Of a stretch of 64,000 bases of DNA, positions 21,093-32,880 are shown in pieces. Origin of the DNA: an uncultured delta proteobacterium (GTDB lineage: Bacteria > Desulfobacterota > Zymogenia > Zymogenales > Zymogenaceae). The notes beneath the pieces were generated by a model. It searched no databases, was not told the origin of the DNA, and was given only the letters and a program-made list of their open reading frames with translations. A program made the translations under genes and the position numbers. The stretch covers positions 352,001 through 416,000 of the forward strand of contig CAVTLK010000005.1 in the NCBI GenBank assembly GCA_963735595.1, given 5' to 3'. How positions within the stretch are numbered: position 1 is the stretch's first letter; each line of letters begins with the position of its first letter.

Positions 21093-21152
21093 CAGGTCGG
21101 CTGGACGAACGAGGTACGGAACTTCGGCAACATCTACTCGTGCGGGGATTAG
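21093..21152 (+). repeat. 60-bp direct repeat, copy 2
   Basis: CAGGTCGGCTGGACGAACGAGGTACGGAACTTCGGCAACATCTACTCGTGCGGGGATTAG. Confidence 0.92.
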
Positions 21153-21185
21153 GGGAGAACCAGGTTTTCGGGATGTAATCCGGTT

Positions 21186-21405
21186 CCGTCATTGCGAGGG
21201 AGCGACGCGACCGAGTCAATCTCATCATCGCGTCCGGTTCTTGTGTGGTCGTGTCTTCCCTCGCGACTAATGATCCCCGGCGGCTGGGAGATGGCCGAGT
21301 TCGGCCTGATCTCTCCGAAGAGCGGTTCTGAAGAGTGATCGCTTCGCTTGGCTTGCGATCACCGACGAGACAGCCGCGCCGCCTGTCGACGGCCCGCAAT
21401 GACGG
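21186..21405. repeat. isolated CGTCATTGCG palindromic (REP-like) unit
   Basis: CCGTCATTGCGAG at 21186 and CGCAATGACGG ending at 21405; same ends as the arrays at 54.6-61.4 kb. Confidence 0.75.
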
Positions 21406-21589
21406 GGTTGGGATTTGCGCGGTTAGTGCGGGTTACGGTGACAGTATATATTATATATATGACTTCCCGGCTTAAGCAGGCACCCTATCAATAAGGTTCA
21501 TCATCACCGTAATCCGGATTGTCGCCCGCGCATCCGGTTCGCGCCGATATCGAGGTTTCCGGTCTTAATAAATATGCCGCCCGGATATG

Positions 21590-21820
21590 CTATTCGAGAA
21601 TTTCCAGCACCGCGCGCTTGTTGAACTTCATGGACGCCGCCGAGAGGATCGTCCTCATCGCATGCGCCGTTCGCCCTTCTTTACCGATCACCTTTCCCAT
21701 GTCTTCCTTTGCAACCCTGAGCTCGATGACCGACGTCTGTTCTCCCGCGACTTCGTCCACTACAACGCTGTCAGGATTATCAACCAGGGCCTGGGCAATC
21801 ACCTTAATCAGTTCCTTCAT
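21590..21820 (-). CDS. khpA: KH-domain RNA-binding protein (KhpA/YlqC family)
   Basis: [17 protein letters not shown]...[27 protein letters not shown]. Confidence 0.93.
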   Translation of the reverse strand: MKELIKVIAQALVDNPDSVVVDEVAGEQTSVIELRVAKEDMGKVIGKEGRTAHAMRTILSAASMKFNKRAVLEILE

Positions 21821-22199
21821 TTTTCAGCCTCCCGTTTTCACCGAATTACCGTTTTCGCCTCTTCCGCACTTCTCGCTTCGTTATCGAAAAACTCTCAGAA
21901 CCCCTCATCATAGACCGTGAGCAGAAAAGCCGCCCGGCGCGGAGCGCTTACGGATACAGGGCATATGCGAGCCTTATCCCTCCGGTTCGGACGGAAACTC
22001 ATTTCAATCGGGATTAGCATTATACAAATGCCGCAAGGAAAGCGTCTATATAGTATCACAATGACCGTAAAAGTCAAGATTGCCGAGCAAAAAATACTTA
22101 CTATTCTTTTTCCGCTCGACAAACGGTGTCGCAGCAGCACCAGTCCATTTAACCTTGACTATCCCCTGTCAATACGATAAACTTACTTATTTACTCGAA

Positions 22200-23715
<1,516 letters not shown>

Positions 23716-23881
23716 AAACACCTGGGCTCACCACGAAGACTTGAAAGGCACCGATAGAAAGATGTCCGGGATACTTCGTACCTTTGTGCCTTCGTCGTGA
23801 TTCTCTCAAGAGAAGCTCTCCGGGCGGAGTGAGCTCGGCGCGCTCCACTCTCAGGCAGATTTTTAGAGACAGTCTGGTAAT

Positions 23882-25108
23882 ATGTACGAACTCTTCATCA
23901 GCCGACGTTATCTCCGCGCCAAGCGCAAACAATCCTTCATATCGCTGATTACCGTTATCTCGGTCGGCGGGGTCGCGATCGGGGTTGCCGCGCTCATCAT
24001 CGTCATTTCCGTGATGACCGGCTTCAGGGATGACCTCCAGGGCAAGATCCTCGGCGCCCACGCCCACCTCGTCGTCCAGACCGGCAAGCCCTATTTTACG
24101 AACTACCCCTCCGTCATGAAGAAGATCGCCGCAAACGAAGACGTGGTCGCGCTTAGCCCCTATATCGAGAGCCAGATCATGCTCTCCACCGAGGGGGGGA
24201 TATCGGGCGCCATCCTCAGGGGCATCGACCCCGAAACGGCGCCGGGCGTTATCTCCATCAAGAGGGACCTCAAGATCGGGGACCTGAACGAGCTGACGAG
24301 CGGGCGGGACGGGGCGCCCGGGATAATCCTGGGCAGGGAGCTGGCAAAGCTCCTCCGGGTAACCTACGGCGATCCGGTGGTCATGCTCTCGCCGACGGGC
24401 GGTGAGACAACCCCCCTCGGCATGACGCCGAAGATGAAACGGTTCGTGGTGGTGGGGATCTTCGAGGCGGGGATGTTCGAGTACGATTCGTCGTTCGCCT
24501 ACGTCTCGATGCCGGCGGCCCAGGAGTTCCTGGACCTGCCGGACGTGGCCTCCGGCATAGAGATCAAGGTCGCCGATATCTACCGGGCCAAGGCCGTCGG
24601 GGATGAGATCGTCACCATGCTCGGCGACCGCTTTCACGCGCTGGACTGGATGGAGATGAACAAGAACCTCTTCGCGGCGCTTGCCCTCGAAAAGGTGGCC
24701 ATGTTCGTCATCCTGGTGATGATCGTCTTTGTAGCGGCATTCAACATCGCATCGACCCTCATCATGATGGTCATGGAGAAGGCAAAAGATATCGCCATAC
24801 TCAAGGCGATGGGTGCGGCGAACGCCGGCATCATGAAAATATTCATCTTCGAGGGGACGATCATCGGCGCGTTCGGGACGGCAATCGGGGCGGTCTTCGG
24901 GTGGGGCATGTGCATCCTGCTCAAGCACTACCATTTCATCCAACTCGATCCGAACGTCTTTTATATCTCGGCGCTTCCGGTAAAAATCGTGCCGTCCGAT
25001 ATCGGGATCATCATCGTTTCGTCGCTGGCGCTCTGCGTGCTGGCGACCATCTACCCCTCATGGCAGGCCTCCCGGATGGACCCGGCCCAGGCCATGCGTT
25101 ACGAATAG
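23882..25108 (+). CDS. lolE: lipoprotein-releasing ABC transporter permease LolC/E, paralogue 2
   Basis: Intact 408 aa; FISLITVISVGGVAIGVAALI, VAAFNIASTL; lies upstream of lolD and bamA. Confidence 0.95.
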   Translation: MYELFISRRYLRAKRKQSFISLITVISVGGVAIGVAALIIVISVMTGFRDDLQGKILGAHAHLVVQTGKPYFTNYPSVMKKIAANEDVVALSPYIESQIMLSTEGGISGAILRGIDPETAPGVISIKRDLKIGDLNELTSGRDGAPGIILGRELAKLLRVTYGDPVVMLSPTGGETTPLGMTPKMKRFVVVGIFEAGMFEYDSSFAYVSMPAAQEFLDLPDVASGIEIKVADIYRAKAVGDEIVTMLGDRFHALDWMEMNKNLFAALALEKVAMFVILVMIVFVAAFNIASTLIMMVMEKAKDIAILKAMGAANAGIMKIFIFEGTIIGAFGTAIGAVFGWGMCILLKHYHFIQLDPNVFYISALPVKIVPSDIGIIIVSSLALCVLATIYPSWQASRMDPAQAMRYE

Positions 25109-25112
25109 ACCA

Positions 25113-26345
25113 ATGGGTGCGCAGGTGAAAGATACCCGGCAGAACATAGCGCGCCTCAAGGAGCAGGGCGCCGCGAATATCGGAAAGGGAAACTGGGACA
25201 AGGCGCTCGGCGATTTCATCGAGGTCCTGAAGGCGGCCCCCAACGACACGCACGCCCTGATGAAGGCGGGGGACTGCTGCAGCAAACTGGGCAGGAACGA
25301 CGAGGCGTGCCGGTATTACGACCGGCTGGTGAATATCTTCAGCGCGGAGGGTTTTGTCGTCAAGGCAATCGCGGTGCACAAGCTCATCCTCAAGATCAAT
25401 CCCCGGTTCCCTGGCGGTGAAAACAGGCTCTCGGTCCTCTACGGCAAGAAGGTCGCCGAGGCGGGCGGCGCCGTACGGGCCACGGGTAAAGCAGCGGGAG
25501 CCGACCCCGGCTACGACAAGCCCCCGCTCTTTTCGGACCTTTCCCCGGACGAGTTTATGGCGCTGATCGAACGGCTGACGCCCAGGACGGTCGACACCGG
25601 AGATGTAGTCATCCGGCAGGGGCAACCCGGGGATTCGATCTTCATTATCGTCTCCGGCCAGGTGTCGATCTTTCGGCGGGACGAGGATAAAAACGAGGTG
25701 TGGATCACCAACCTGGGAGAGGGAAGCTTCTTCGGTGAGTTCGGTTATTTCTCGGGCCAGAAACGCTACGCCTCGGTCAAGGCCGTTGAGGAAACGACGC
25801 TCTTGGAAATAGGCAGGAAGGACCTTGAAGCCATCATCGCAAAACATCCGCGCGTACGGGAAGTGCTGCTCAAATTCTACAAGGAAAGGATTCTCGATAC
25901 GCTCCTGGCAATCTCTCCGCTCTTCTCGGTGCTTTCGCCCCAGGAGCGGGCGGGCCTGATGAAAGGGGTCTCGTTTTCCGCCGCCAGGCGGGGGGCGTGT
26001 ATCGTGCGTGAGGGGGATACGGGCGATCGGATGTTCGTGATCATCTCAGGTGAGGTGGAGGTAACGACGGGGAAAGACGGGTTGCCGGTGCCTCTGGCAC
26101 GGCTCAAATCGGGGGATTTCTTTGGGGAGGTCGCGGTGATCACGAGCCGGCCGCGGACGGCCACCGTGACCGCCGGGACAGACGTCAACCTTGCGGAAAT
26201 AGACAAGGACTCCGTTGCCGAGGCGATCGGTGCGCACCCGGAGATCGAAGAACGGCTTTCGCGGTTTATCCAGATGCGGGTGGAGAACACCATATCGACG
26301 TTTATGCAGTTTAAAAACCGAAAAATGGAAAGCGGGTTGGTGTAG
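25113..26345 (+). CDS. TPR plus tandem cyclic-nucleotide-binding domain protein
   Basis: N-terminal TPR-like helices; two cNMP domains (GSFFGEFG...RYASV and GDFFGEVA...RTATV). Confidence 0.88.
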   Translation: MGAQVKDTRQNIARLKEQGAANIGKGNWDKALGDFIEVLKAAPNDTHALMKAGDCCSKLGRNDEACRYYDRLVNIFSAEGFVVKAIAVHKLILKINPRFPGGENRLSVLYGKKVAEAGGAVRATGKAAGADPGYDKPPLFSDLSPDEFMALIERLTPRTVDTGDVVIRQGQPGDSIFIIVSGQVSIFRRDEDKNEVWITNLGEGSFFGEFGYFSGQKRYASVKAVEETTLLEIGRKDLEAIIAKHPRVREVLLKFYKERILDTLLAISPLFSVLSPQERAGLMKGVSFSAARRGACIVREGDTGDRMFVIISGEVEVTTGKDGLPVPLARLKSGDFFGEVAVITSRPRTATVTAGTDVNLAEIDKDSVAEAIGAHPEIEERLSRFIQMRVENTISTFMQFKNRKMESGLV

Positions 26346-26348
26346 GTT

Positions 26349-27023
26349 ATGGCGCTCATACGTGTAGAGAATGTGACTAAATCCTTTGTCACGGACGGGA
26401 AACGGGTTGACGTGCTGAGGGGGATCGACCTCACGGTCGAGCGGGGCGAGGTAATCAATATCCTCGGCGCCTCGGGCGCGGGGAAATCCACGCTCCTGTA
26501 TATCCTCGGCGCGCTGGACCGACCCACATCGGGTGTGGTCAACCACGACGGGATTTCCCTGTTTTCCATGGGGGACCGGGATCTGGCGGCTTTCCGCAAC
26601 CGAAAGATCGGTTTCGTGTTCCAGTTTCATCACCTGCTGCCGGAGTTCACTGCAATCGAGAACGTGATGATGCCGGCGCTGATCGCGCGCATCAAGCCCG
26701 CCGAGGCCAGACACCGCGCGGCAGCGATCCTCGATCGCCTGGGGCTTGCCGACCGGGGCGACCACAAGCCCGGCGAGCTTTCCGGCGGGGAGCAGCAGCG
26801 CGTGGCGGTGGCGAGGGCGATCCTGCTTTCCCCCGACGTGATACTGGCCGACGAACCGACCGGCAACCTCGACACCAAGACCGGAGAGGAGGTCCACCAG
26901 GTCTTGATGGATCTCAACCGGGAAATGAACATCACCATGATCATCGTCACTCATAATCTGAAACTTGCCAAAAGGGACGGCAGATCGATGATACTTGAGG
27001 ACGGGAAGACAAAGGACAGGTGA
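26349..27023 (+). CDS. lolD: lipoprotein-releasing ABC transporter ATPase
   Basis: [41 protein letters not shown]. Confidence 0.96.
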   Translation: MALIRVENVTKSFVTDGKRVDVLRGIDLTVERGEVINILGASGAGKSTLLYILGALDRPTSGVVNHDGISLFSMGDRDLAAFRNRKIGFVFQFHHLLPEFTAIENVMMPALIARIKPAEARHRAAAILDRLGLADRGDHKPGELSGGEQQRVAVARAILLSPDVILADEPTGNLDTKTGEEVHQVLMDLNREMNITMIIVTHNLKLAKRDGRSMILEDGKTKDR

Positions 27024-27034
27024 TAATTTTTTCC

Positions 27035-27062
27035 TTTACAAAAGGGGTTGATCTGGTATAAT
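27035..27062 (+). promoter_or_regulatory. bamA promoter
   Basis: TTTACA 27035-27040, 16 nt, TATAAT 27057-27062 preceded by TGG (extended -10). Confidence 0.6.
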
Positions 27063-27096
27063 TTCAGCGCTCTATTTGTCTTAATTGGGGGACGTA

Positions 27097-29748
27097 ATGA
27101 AAAAAAGAGTCCTAGTTTTTCTTTTGATTATTGCATGCATCGCGGTGCTCTTTACCTCGTGGGCCGCCGCTGCCGAAAGGAAGATTAAAGTAACCGTTCT
27201 TCCTTTCTCCATTTATTCTGCCGAAGATCTTTCCGCATATGAGCGGGATATCCAGGAGGTCCTCTTGTCGGCGATTGCCTATCACGAGAGGATCGAGCCC
27301 CTTGACCTTGACAAACTCAGCAAGGTCATAGGGGGAAAGCTCCCTTCCGAGATGGATGAGAACTACGCCCGCGAAGTTGGCCGTAAAATGGGGGCCGACT
27401 ACGTGGTTATCGGGAGCATGACCAAGGTCGGCGAAACCGTCAGTCTGGACGCCAGGCTGGTTGATCCCCGGTCGAGAAAGGAAGCGGAGCGCTTCTACGT
27501 GGAGACGTACGGAGCGGCAACGGTTTTGGATCGTGTCGGGGAATTGGCCAAGAAGATCAACGAGAGCATCTTCGCCTCCGACAAGATCGTCAAGGTAACC
27601 ATTGTCGGCCTGAAACGTCTGACCGAGGAAGAGGTCCTGGGCAACATCATCAGCCGTGAGGGGACGCTCCCGTACGAGAAATTCCTGGCTGAAGACGTGA
27701 AGTCGATTACCGGCATGGGCTACTTTGAGGACGTTACCGTTGTAACCAGGAGGGTCGAAGGCGGGAACGAGGTCATCTTCACCGTCAAGGAGAGACCCCT
27801 GGTCCGCGAGGTAAGGGTCGTCGGAAACGACGAGGTTTCCTCGAAGGACCTCTTTGAGGTCATTACGGTAAAACCTCCCAAGGTGCTCTCGATCAAGGAT
27901 GTTAAGGATAGTCTCGAGCGCGTGAAAGATCTCTACTACGAAAAGCAATACCACGCCGCAACGGTAGATTACAAAGTGGAGCCGATCGCCGAGGACGAAG
28001 TCGCCGTGGAGTTTACGATCTCCGAAGGCGAGAAGATGATGATCAAGAAGATCACATTTATCGGAAACGATCAGCTATCCGACAAGACTATCGAGAAGGG
28101 ACTGTCCAACAAACATAAGGGGTGGTTCTGGTGGCTCTCCGAACGGGGAAAGTTCCACAAGGAAGAGCTGGACACCGACGTCGAGCGAATTACCGCAGTC
28201 TATTACGACAACGGGTACCTGGATACGGTTGTTGAGCCCGCCGTCGTTGAGATGAAGGGCGATGACATCTACCTCAGCTACAACATCAAAGAAGGCAAGC
28301 AATATCGGGTCGGCACGGTCGATATCTCCGGTGATCTGATTATTGCCAAGGAAGTCCTTGCCAAGAAGCTGGTAGTGGAATCGGGCGACATCTTTTCGCG
28401 CGCGAACGTCATCACCGACATAGAAAACCTCGTGCTTGATTACAACAACGAGGGATACGCCCTTGTTGACGTTCAGCCGCAGACGAACCTGGACAACGAA
28501 AAGCTGATCGTCGATATTAACTACCTCATAGTGAAAGGCAAGAAGACCTATTTCGAGCGGATCAATATCGGCGGAAACGTCAAGACGCTCGATAAGGTCA
28601 TCCGGCGAGAGCTCAAGTTTGCCGAAGGCGACCTGTTTAACGGCGATGACCTCCAGAGGAGCAGGGAGAAGGTAAACAACCTCGGGTACTTCGAAGAGGT
28701 CAATTTCGCAACGGAGCGGGGAAGCTCCGACGATAAGGTCATCATCAATATCGATGTCAAGGAAAAACCCACCGGACTGATCTCCGCAGGACTCGGATAC
28801 TCAAGCATAGCCGAGCTGACCGGGATGATCAGGGTTCAGGAAACGAACCTCTTCGGGAGGGGTTACAAGATCCAGATATCGGCCGAGTTTTCCAATATCA
28901 GCACCAATTACTCGGGCGTTCTCATAGATCCCTACTTCCTTGACACGAACCTGTCTGTCAGCCTCAAGGTCTATAATTTGACCCGGTCGTATGATACGTA
29001 CGATGCAGAGACCTTTGGCGTTGAGCTTGGATTCGGACACCCCCTCTGGTCGGATACCTCGCTCCACGTCGCGTATATATTTAACGATGTGAATCTGTTC
29101 AATATTACCACGACGGACCCGGATATAAAGGACTACGAGGGACATACGATTACCAGCGGTATCGAGGCGGCTATCGTGCACGATACGCGCGACAGCACAT
29201 TTGATCCCAGCCGCGGCTCGGTGAACACACTGTCGGTATTCTACGCCGGTATCGGCGGCGACGAATACTACGTCAAGACCGTTGCGGAATCGAGCTGGTA
29301 TTTCCCGGTGGTCTGGAAACTGGTATTCCACCCGCGGCTCGAAGTCGGTTACATTGCCAACCTGAACGACAAAAATTTACCGATTTATGCCCGCTTCTTC
29401 GCCGGCGGCCTCAACTCCCTGCGCGGGTTTAAACCCTCCAGCGTTGGGCCGATCGATCCGGTCACGGGTGAATACCTGGGCGGTGATAAGGAAATCCTCC
29501 TCAACCTCGAGCTCATCTTCCCGCTCTTTGAGGACATCAAGATGAAGGGTGTCGTGTTCTTCGACGCCGGTAACGTCTGGGGAGAAGACGAGGACTGGAA
29601 CTTCGGCGATCTCAGGTATTCGATCGGCGCGGGCATCCGGTGGATTTCGCCCCTCGGCCCGATCCGCGTCGAGTGGGGCTACAACCTCGATCCCCGACCC
29701 AGTGAGAACCAGTCGGAGTGGAACTTCTCGGTCGGCACCAGCTTCTAA
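27097..29748 (+). CDS. bamA: outer membrane protein assembly factor BamA
   Basis: Signal peptide, POTRA repeats (GNVKTLDKVIRREL), FFAGGLNSLRGF, GIRWISPLGPIR, C-terminal Phe. Confidence 0.97.
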   Translation: MKKRVLVFLLIIACIAVLFTSWAAAAERKIKVTVLPFSIYSAEDLSAYERDIQEVLLSAIAYHERIEPLDLDKLSKVIGGKLPSEMDENYAREVGRKMGADYVVIGSMTKVGETVSLDARLVDPRSRKEAERFYVETYGAATVLDRVGELAKKINESIFASDKIVKVTIVGLKRLTEEEVLGNIISREGTLPYEKFLAEDVKSITGMGYFEDVTVVTRRVEGGNEVIFTVKERPLVREVRVVGNDEVSSKDLFEVITVKPPKVLSIKDVKDSLERVKDLYYEKQYHAATVDYKVEPIAEDEVAVEFTISEGEKMMIKKITFIGNDQLSDKTIEKGLSNKHKGWFWWLSERGKFHKEELDTDVERITAVYYDNGYLDTVVEPAVVEMKGDDIYLSYNIKEGKQYRVGTVDISGDLIIAKEVLAKKLVVESGDIFSRANVITDIENLVLDYNNEGYALVDVQPQTNLDNEKLIVDINYLIVKGKKTYFERINIGGNVKTLDKVIRRELKFAEGDLFNGDDLQRSREKVNNLGYFEEVNFATERGSSDDKVIINIDVKEKPTGLISAGLGYSSIAELTGMIRVQETNLFGRGYKIQISAEFSNISTNYSGVLIDPYFLDTNLSVSLKVYNLTRSYDTYDAETFGVELGFGHPLWSDTSLHVAYIFNDVNLFNITTTDPDIKDYEGHTITSGIEAAIVHDTRDSTFDPSRGSVNTLSVFYAGIGGDEYYVKTVAESSWYFPVVWKLVFHPRLEVGYIANLNDKNLPIYARFFAGGLNSLRGFKPSSVGPIDPVTGEYLGGDKEILLNLELIFPLFEDIKMKGVVFFDAGNVWGEDEDWNFGDLRYSIGAGIRWISPLGPIRVEWGYNLDPRPSENQSEWNFSVGTSF

Positions 29749-29768
29749 CTGTCTGATGATACACGTCG

Positions 29769-29794
29769 GGGGGAGGAGCGTACGCTCCTCCCCC
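29769..29794 (+). terminator. hairpin after bamA
   Basis: Perfect palindrome GGGGGAGGAGCGTACGCTCCTCCCCC followed by ATTTTT. Confidence 0.6.
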
Positions 29795-29811
29795 ATTTTT
29801 ATGGAGCACGC

Positions 29812-30342
29812 ATGAAAGGACGATTGGCTGTCATGTGTCTGTCGGTCGGCGCGGCGGCCGTCTTGTTGACGGTATGCTTTACCGGCTATGCCTGGTGCCA
29901 GGAAGAGAAAATCGGCGTCGTGGATATGGCGAAGGTCATCGATCTATCCAAGCAGGGGAAAAAGGCGATGGAAGAGATGGCCGACACGTTTAAAGGGGCC
30001 GGGAAGGACCTCGAAAAGCGGGAGTCGGAGCTTGTCGAGATGAAAGATGAGATCGAGAAAAACGCCATGGTCCTTTCGGCCGAGGTGCTGGCGCAGAAGG
30101 AACGGCGGTATCAGGACAAGCTCATCGAGTACCAGCGCAAGCTTGAAGAATACCAGTATCAGCTGTCGGAAAAAAACCAGGAACTTAACGGGACCATGAT
30201 GGTTCTCGTGGAGGGTGTCGTCAGCACGATCGGTAGCGAGGGATACCTATTGATCCTCGAAAAGACATCTTCCGGAGTCCTCTATAATTCCGATACCGTA
30301 GACCTGACCGATGAAGTCATCGTGAAGCTGAACAAGAAATAG
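29812..30342 (+). CDS. skp: periplasmic chaperone Skp/OmpH
   Basis: KIGVVDM, coiled-coil body, DLTDEVI C-terminus; position between bamA and lpxD. Confidence 0.92.
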   Translation: MKGRLAVMCLSVGAAAVLLTVCFTGYAWCQEEKIGVVDMAKVIDLSKQGKKAMEEMADTFKGAGKDLEKRESELVEMKDEIEKNAMVLSAEVLAQKERRYQDKLIEYQRKLEEYQYQLSEKNQELNGTMMVLVEGVVSTIGSEGYLLILEKTSSGVLYNSDTVDLTDEVIVKLNKK

Positions 30343-30484
30343 CGCACAGAACCATATCGGCTTAGACCAAGCGTGTACGTTTTGCCGAGTAAGCCGGTGT
30401 ATATCGACGGGCCGGGGCCTTTATCCGGAATATTTGCGCTGTAACGATCCTTTGAGAAACATCGTTTTTCGGTAGTTTGTCAGG

Positions 30485-31519
30485 ATGGAAAAGACTCTTG
30501 GACAATTGGCGGAATTTCTCGGGGGGGCGGCCGCGGGAGATACGGCAACCCTGATTACGGGCGTCAAAGGGATCGAAGATGCCGGCCCCGGCGATATCAC
30601 CTTTTTGGCCAACCCGAAATACATGAAGTTTCTCGAAACGACGGCTGCCTCGGCAGTAATCGTCGCCCCGGACGTAGATCCGGGACAAAAACCACACATC
30701 ACGATCGATAACCCCTATCTGGCCTTTGCCAAGGTCGTTACCCTCTTTTCGGTCGGAACCCGGGATTACTTCGGCGTGTCGCCCGATGCGTTTGTCCATC
30801 CCGACGCCCGCGTCCATACCGAGTGCGCCATCTATCCTTTTGCCTATGTCGGAAAGGGTGCCGAGGTAAAGCGGAAGGCGGTGCTCTATCCCGGTGTTTA
30901 CCTCGGCGATGGGGCATCCGTGGGAGAGGAATCGGTCCTTTACCCGAACGTGACGGTCATGGATCGCTGTATCATAATGGACCGCGTCATCATCCACGGG
31001 GGGACCGTTATCGGCGCCGACGGTTTCGGATTTGCCCATGAGGGGGCAAAACAGGTGAAGTTCCCGCAGATCGGGATCGTCGTTATCGAGGACGACGTGG
31101 AGATCGGCTCAAATTGCTCCATTGACCGGGCCGCCCTCGGCGAAACAAGGATTCACCGGGGCGTCAAGATGGACAACCTCATACAGATCGGGCATAATGT
31201 AGTCGTGGAAGAGGACAGCATACTGGTTGCGCAGGTGGGTATTTCGGGAAGCACCCATATCGGCAAAAAGGTCGTGTTGGCCGGACAGGCGGGGCTCGTG
31301 GGGCATATCACGGTGGGGGACGGCGCCGTCGTGACGGCAAAAGCCGGCGTCACCAAGAACGTCCCTCCGGGTGAGGTGATAACGGGTTTCCCCATGATGC
31401 CCCATAAGAAGTGGCTCAGGGTGATGTCGGTAATGGGAAAACTCCCAGAGCTTAAAAAGGAAATAGAGACCCTGGGAAAACGGATCGAGCAGTTAGAGAA
31501 GAAGACGGTCAAGCCGTGA
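30485..31519 (+). CDS. lpxD: UDP-3-O-acylglucosamine N-acyltransferase
   Basis: ITFLANPKY, NPYLAFA, IGADGFGF, IDRAALGET, DNLIQIGHNV, hexapeptide repeats. Confidence 0.97.
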   Translation: MEKTLGQLAEFLGGAAAGDTATLITGVKGIEDAGPGDITFLANPKYMKFLETTAASAVIVAPDVDPGQKPHITIDNPYLAFAKVVTLFSVGTRDYFGVSPDAFVHPDARVHTECAIYPFAYVGKGAEVKRKAVLYPGVYLGDGASVGEESVLYPNVTVMDRCIIMDRVIIHGGTVIGADGFGFAHEGAKQVKFPQIGIVVIEDDVEIGSNCSIDRAALGETRIHRGVKMDNLIQIGHNVVVEEDSILVAQVGISGSTHIGKKVVLAGQAGLVGHITVGDGAVVTAKAGVTKNVPPGEVITGFPMMPHKKWLRVMSVMGKLPELKKEIETLGKRIEQLEKKTVKP

Positions 31520-31941
31520 ACACGACTGTGCATGAAACGGGGATACCGCCGATACACAATAAGCCGTATCGGTTCATCGATAGGGTCATCAGATACGATA
31601 AGGGAGAGGCTATAACCTGCACGGCGGCAATTCGGACCGACGAACCCTATTTTGCCGGCCATTTCCCGGGGCACCCGATTATGCCGGGCGTCTTCGGGAT
31701 AGAGATGCTGTTCCAGGCAGCTGAGCTGTTCCTCATGCTGGAAACGGGGACCGGTCGGGACGGGGGGATGCGTTTGGGTTGTGTTGTGTCGGCCCGGTTC
31801 GTGAGCCCAATAACCCCACCCCGAGACGTGACGGTCGCGGTAGAGTTAAAAGAAGATACGGGATCGGAGAAGATATTCTCGGGGCGGCTCAGTGACGGCC
31901 CGGATACCTTTATTCAGGCACTTTTTAGCGTTACGGTTTAG
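31516..31941 (+). CDS. fabZ: 3-hydroxyacyl-ACP dehydratase (divergent)
   Basis: FIDRV and EPYFAGHFPGHPIMPGV..IE; position between lpxD and lpxA. Confidence 0.85.
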   Translation: MNTTVHETGIPPIHNKPYRFIDRVIRYDKGEAITCTAAIRTDEPYFAGHFPGHPIMPGVFGIEMLFQAAELFLMLETGTGRDGGMRLGCVVSARFVSPITPPRDVTVAVELKEDTGSEKIFSGRLSDGPDTFIQALFSVTV

Positions 31942-31949
31942 TGAGAGCT

Positions 31950-32738
31950 ATGAAATCGACAATTCATCCAACCGCCATCGTGTCGCCGGGCGCCCAGCTG
32001 GGCGACGGAGTTCGCATTGGACCCTATGCTATCGTGGGAGAGCGGGTCCGGCTCGGCGACAACGTTTCGATCGGCTCCCATACGGTTATCGAGGGCGACA
32101 CGGTCCTCGGCGACGGCTGCGTTGTTTACCCGCACGCCTGTATCGGGGCGAAATCCCAGGACCTTAAAGACTCGGGGTCCGGGGGCAAGCTTGTAATTGG
32201 TAAGGCGTGCGTCTTTCGTGAATTTGTTACGGTCAATACCGGGACCCCGGACGGGGGCGGTGTAACCAGCATGGGCGACGGTAACTTCCTTATGGCCTAC
32301 GTGCACGTCGCCCATGACTGCCATCTCGGCAGTAACATCGTCATGGCCAACGTCGCGACGCTGGCCGGGCACGTCACGATTGAGGACTTCGTCGGTCTCG
32401 GTGGTCTGGTGGCCGTCCACCAGTTCGTCAGGATCGGGAGGAACGCGTTTATCGGCGGAGGTACGATGATCCCGATGGATATCGCCCCGTTCATGAAAGC
32501 GACGCACGGTGATAATCCCCGTGCCCGGATTATCGGCCTCAATTCGATCGGGCTGGGGCGAAGAGGGTTTGCGCCCGAAACGATTGAGGCCCTCAAACGT
32601 GCCTACAGGATCATCTGGAGATCAAAGAAGCTGTGCGCGGAGGCGCTCGATCAGGCACAGGCCGAGCTCGGGGGCGTCCCGGAGGTAGACTATCTTCTGA
32701 ACTTTATCCGCTCCTCGACCCGCGGCATCACACGATAG
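31950..32738 (+). CDS. lpxA: acyl-ACP--UDP-GlcNAc acyltransferase
   Basis: IHPTAIV, REFVTVN.GT, MAYVHVAHDC, LAGHV, VHQFVRIG, GLNSIGL.RRGF. Confidence 0.97.
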   Translation: MKSTIHPTAIVSPGAQLGDGVRIGPYAIVGERVRLGDNVSIGSHTVIEGDTVLGDGCVVYPHACIGAKSQDLKDSGSGGKLVIGKACVFREFVTVNTGTPDGGGVTSMGDGNFLMAYVHVAHDCHLGSNIVMANVATLAGHVTIEDFVGLGGLVAVHQFVRIGRNAFIGGGTMIPMDIAPFMKATHGDNPRARIIGLNSIGLGRRGFAPETIEALKRAYRIIWRSKKLCAEALDQAQAELGGVPEVDYLLNFIRSSTRGITR

Positions 32739-32880
32739 CCGATCGGGCGACCGACGGAAGGATCTGCACGTCGTCCGCCCCCGTTCGGGCGGGGCGTTGT
32801 AAAACGGCGCTGGAAGCAGCGGATACGGCCAGGGAAATAACCCTACGGGCCGCCGCGCCGGCGCCGTCATAGGATTAGCG

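Noticed and set aside
23800..23875. Possible glycine riboswitch (CTCTCAGGC)
   Set aside because: The CCGAAG core is missing and the downstream gene (lolE) is unrelated to glycine metabolism.
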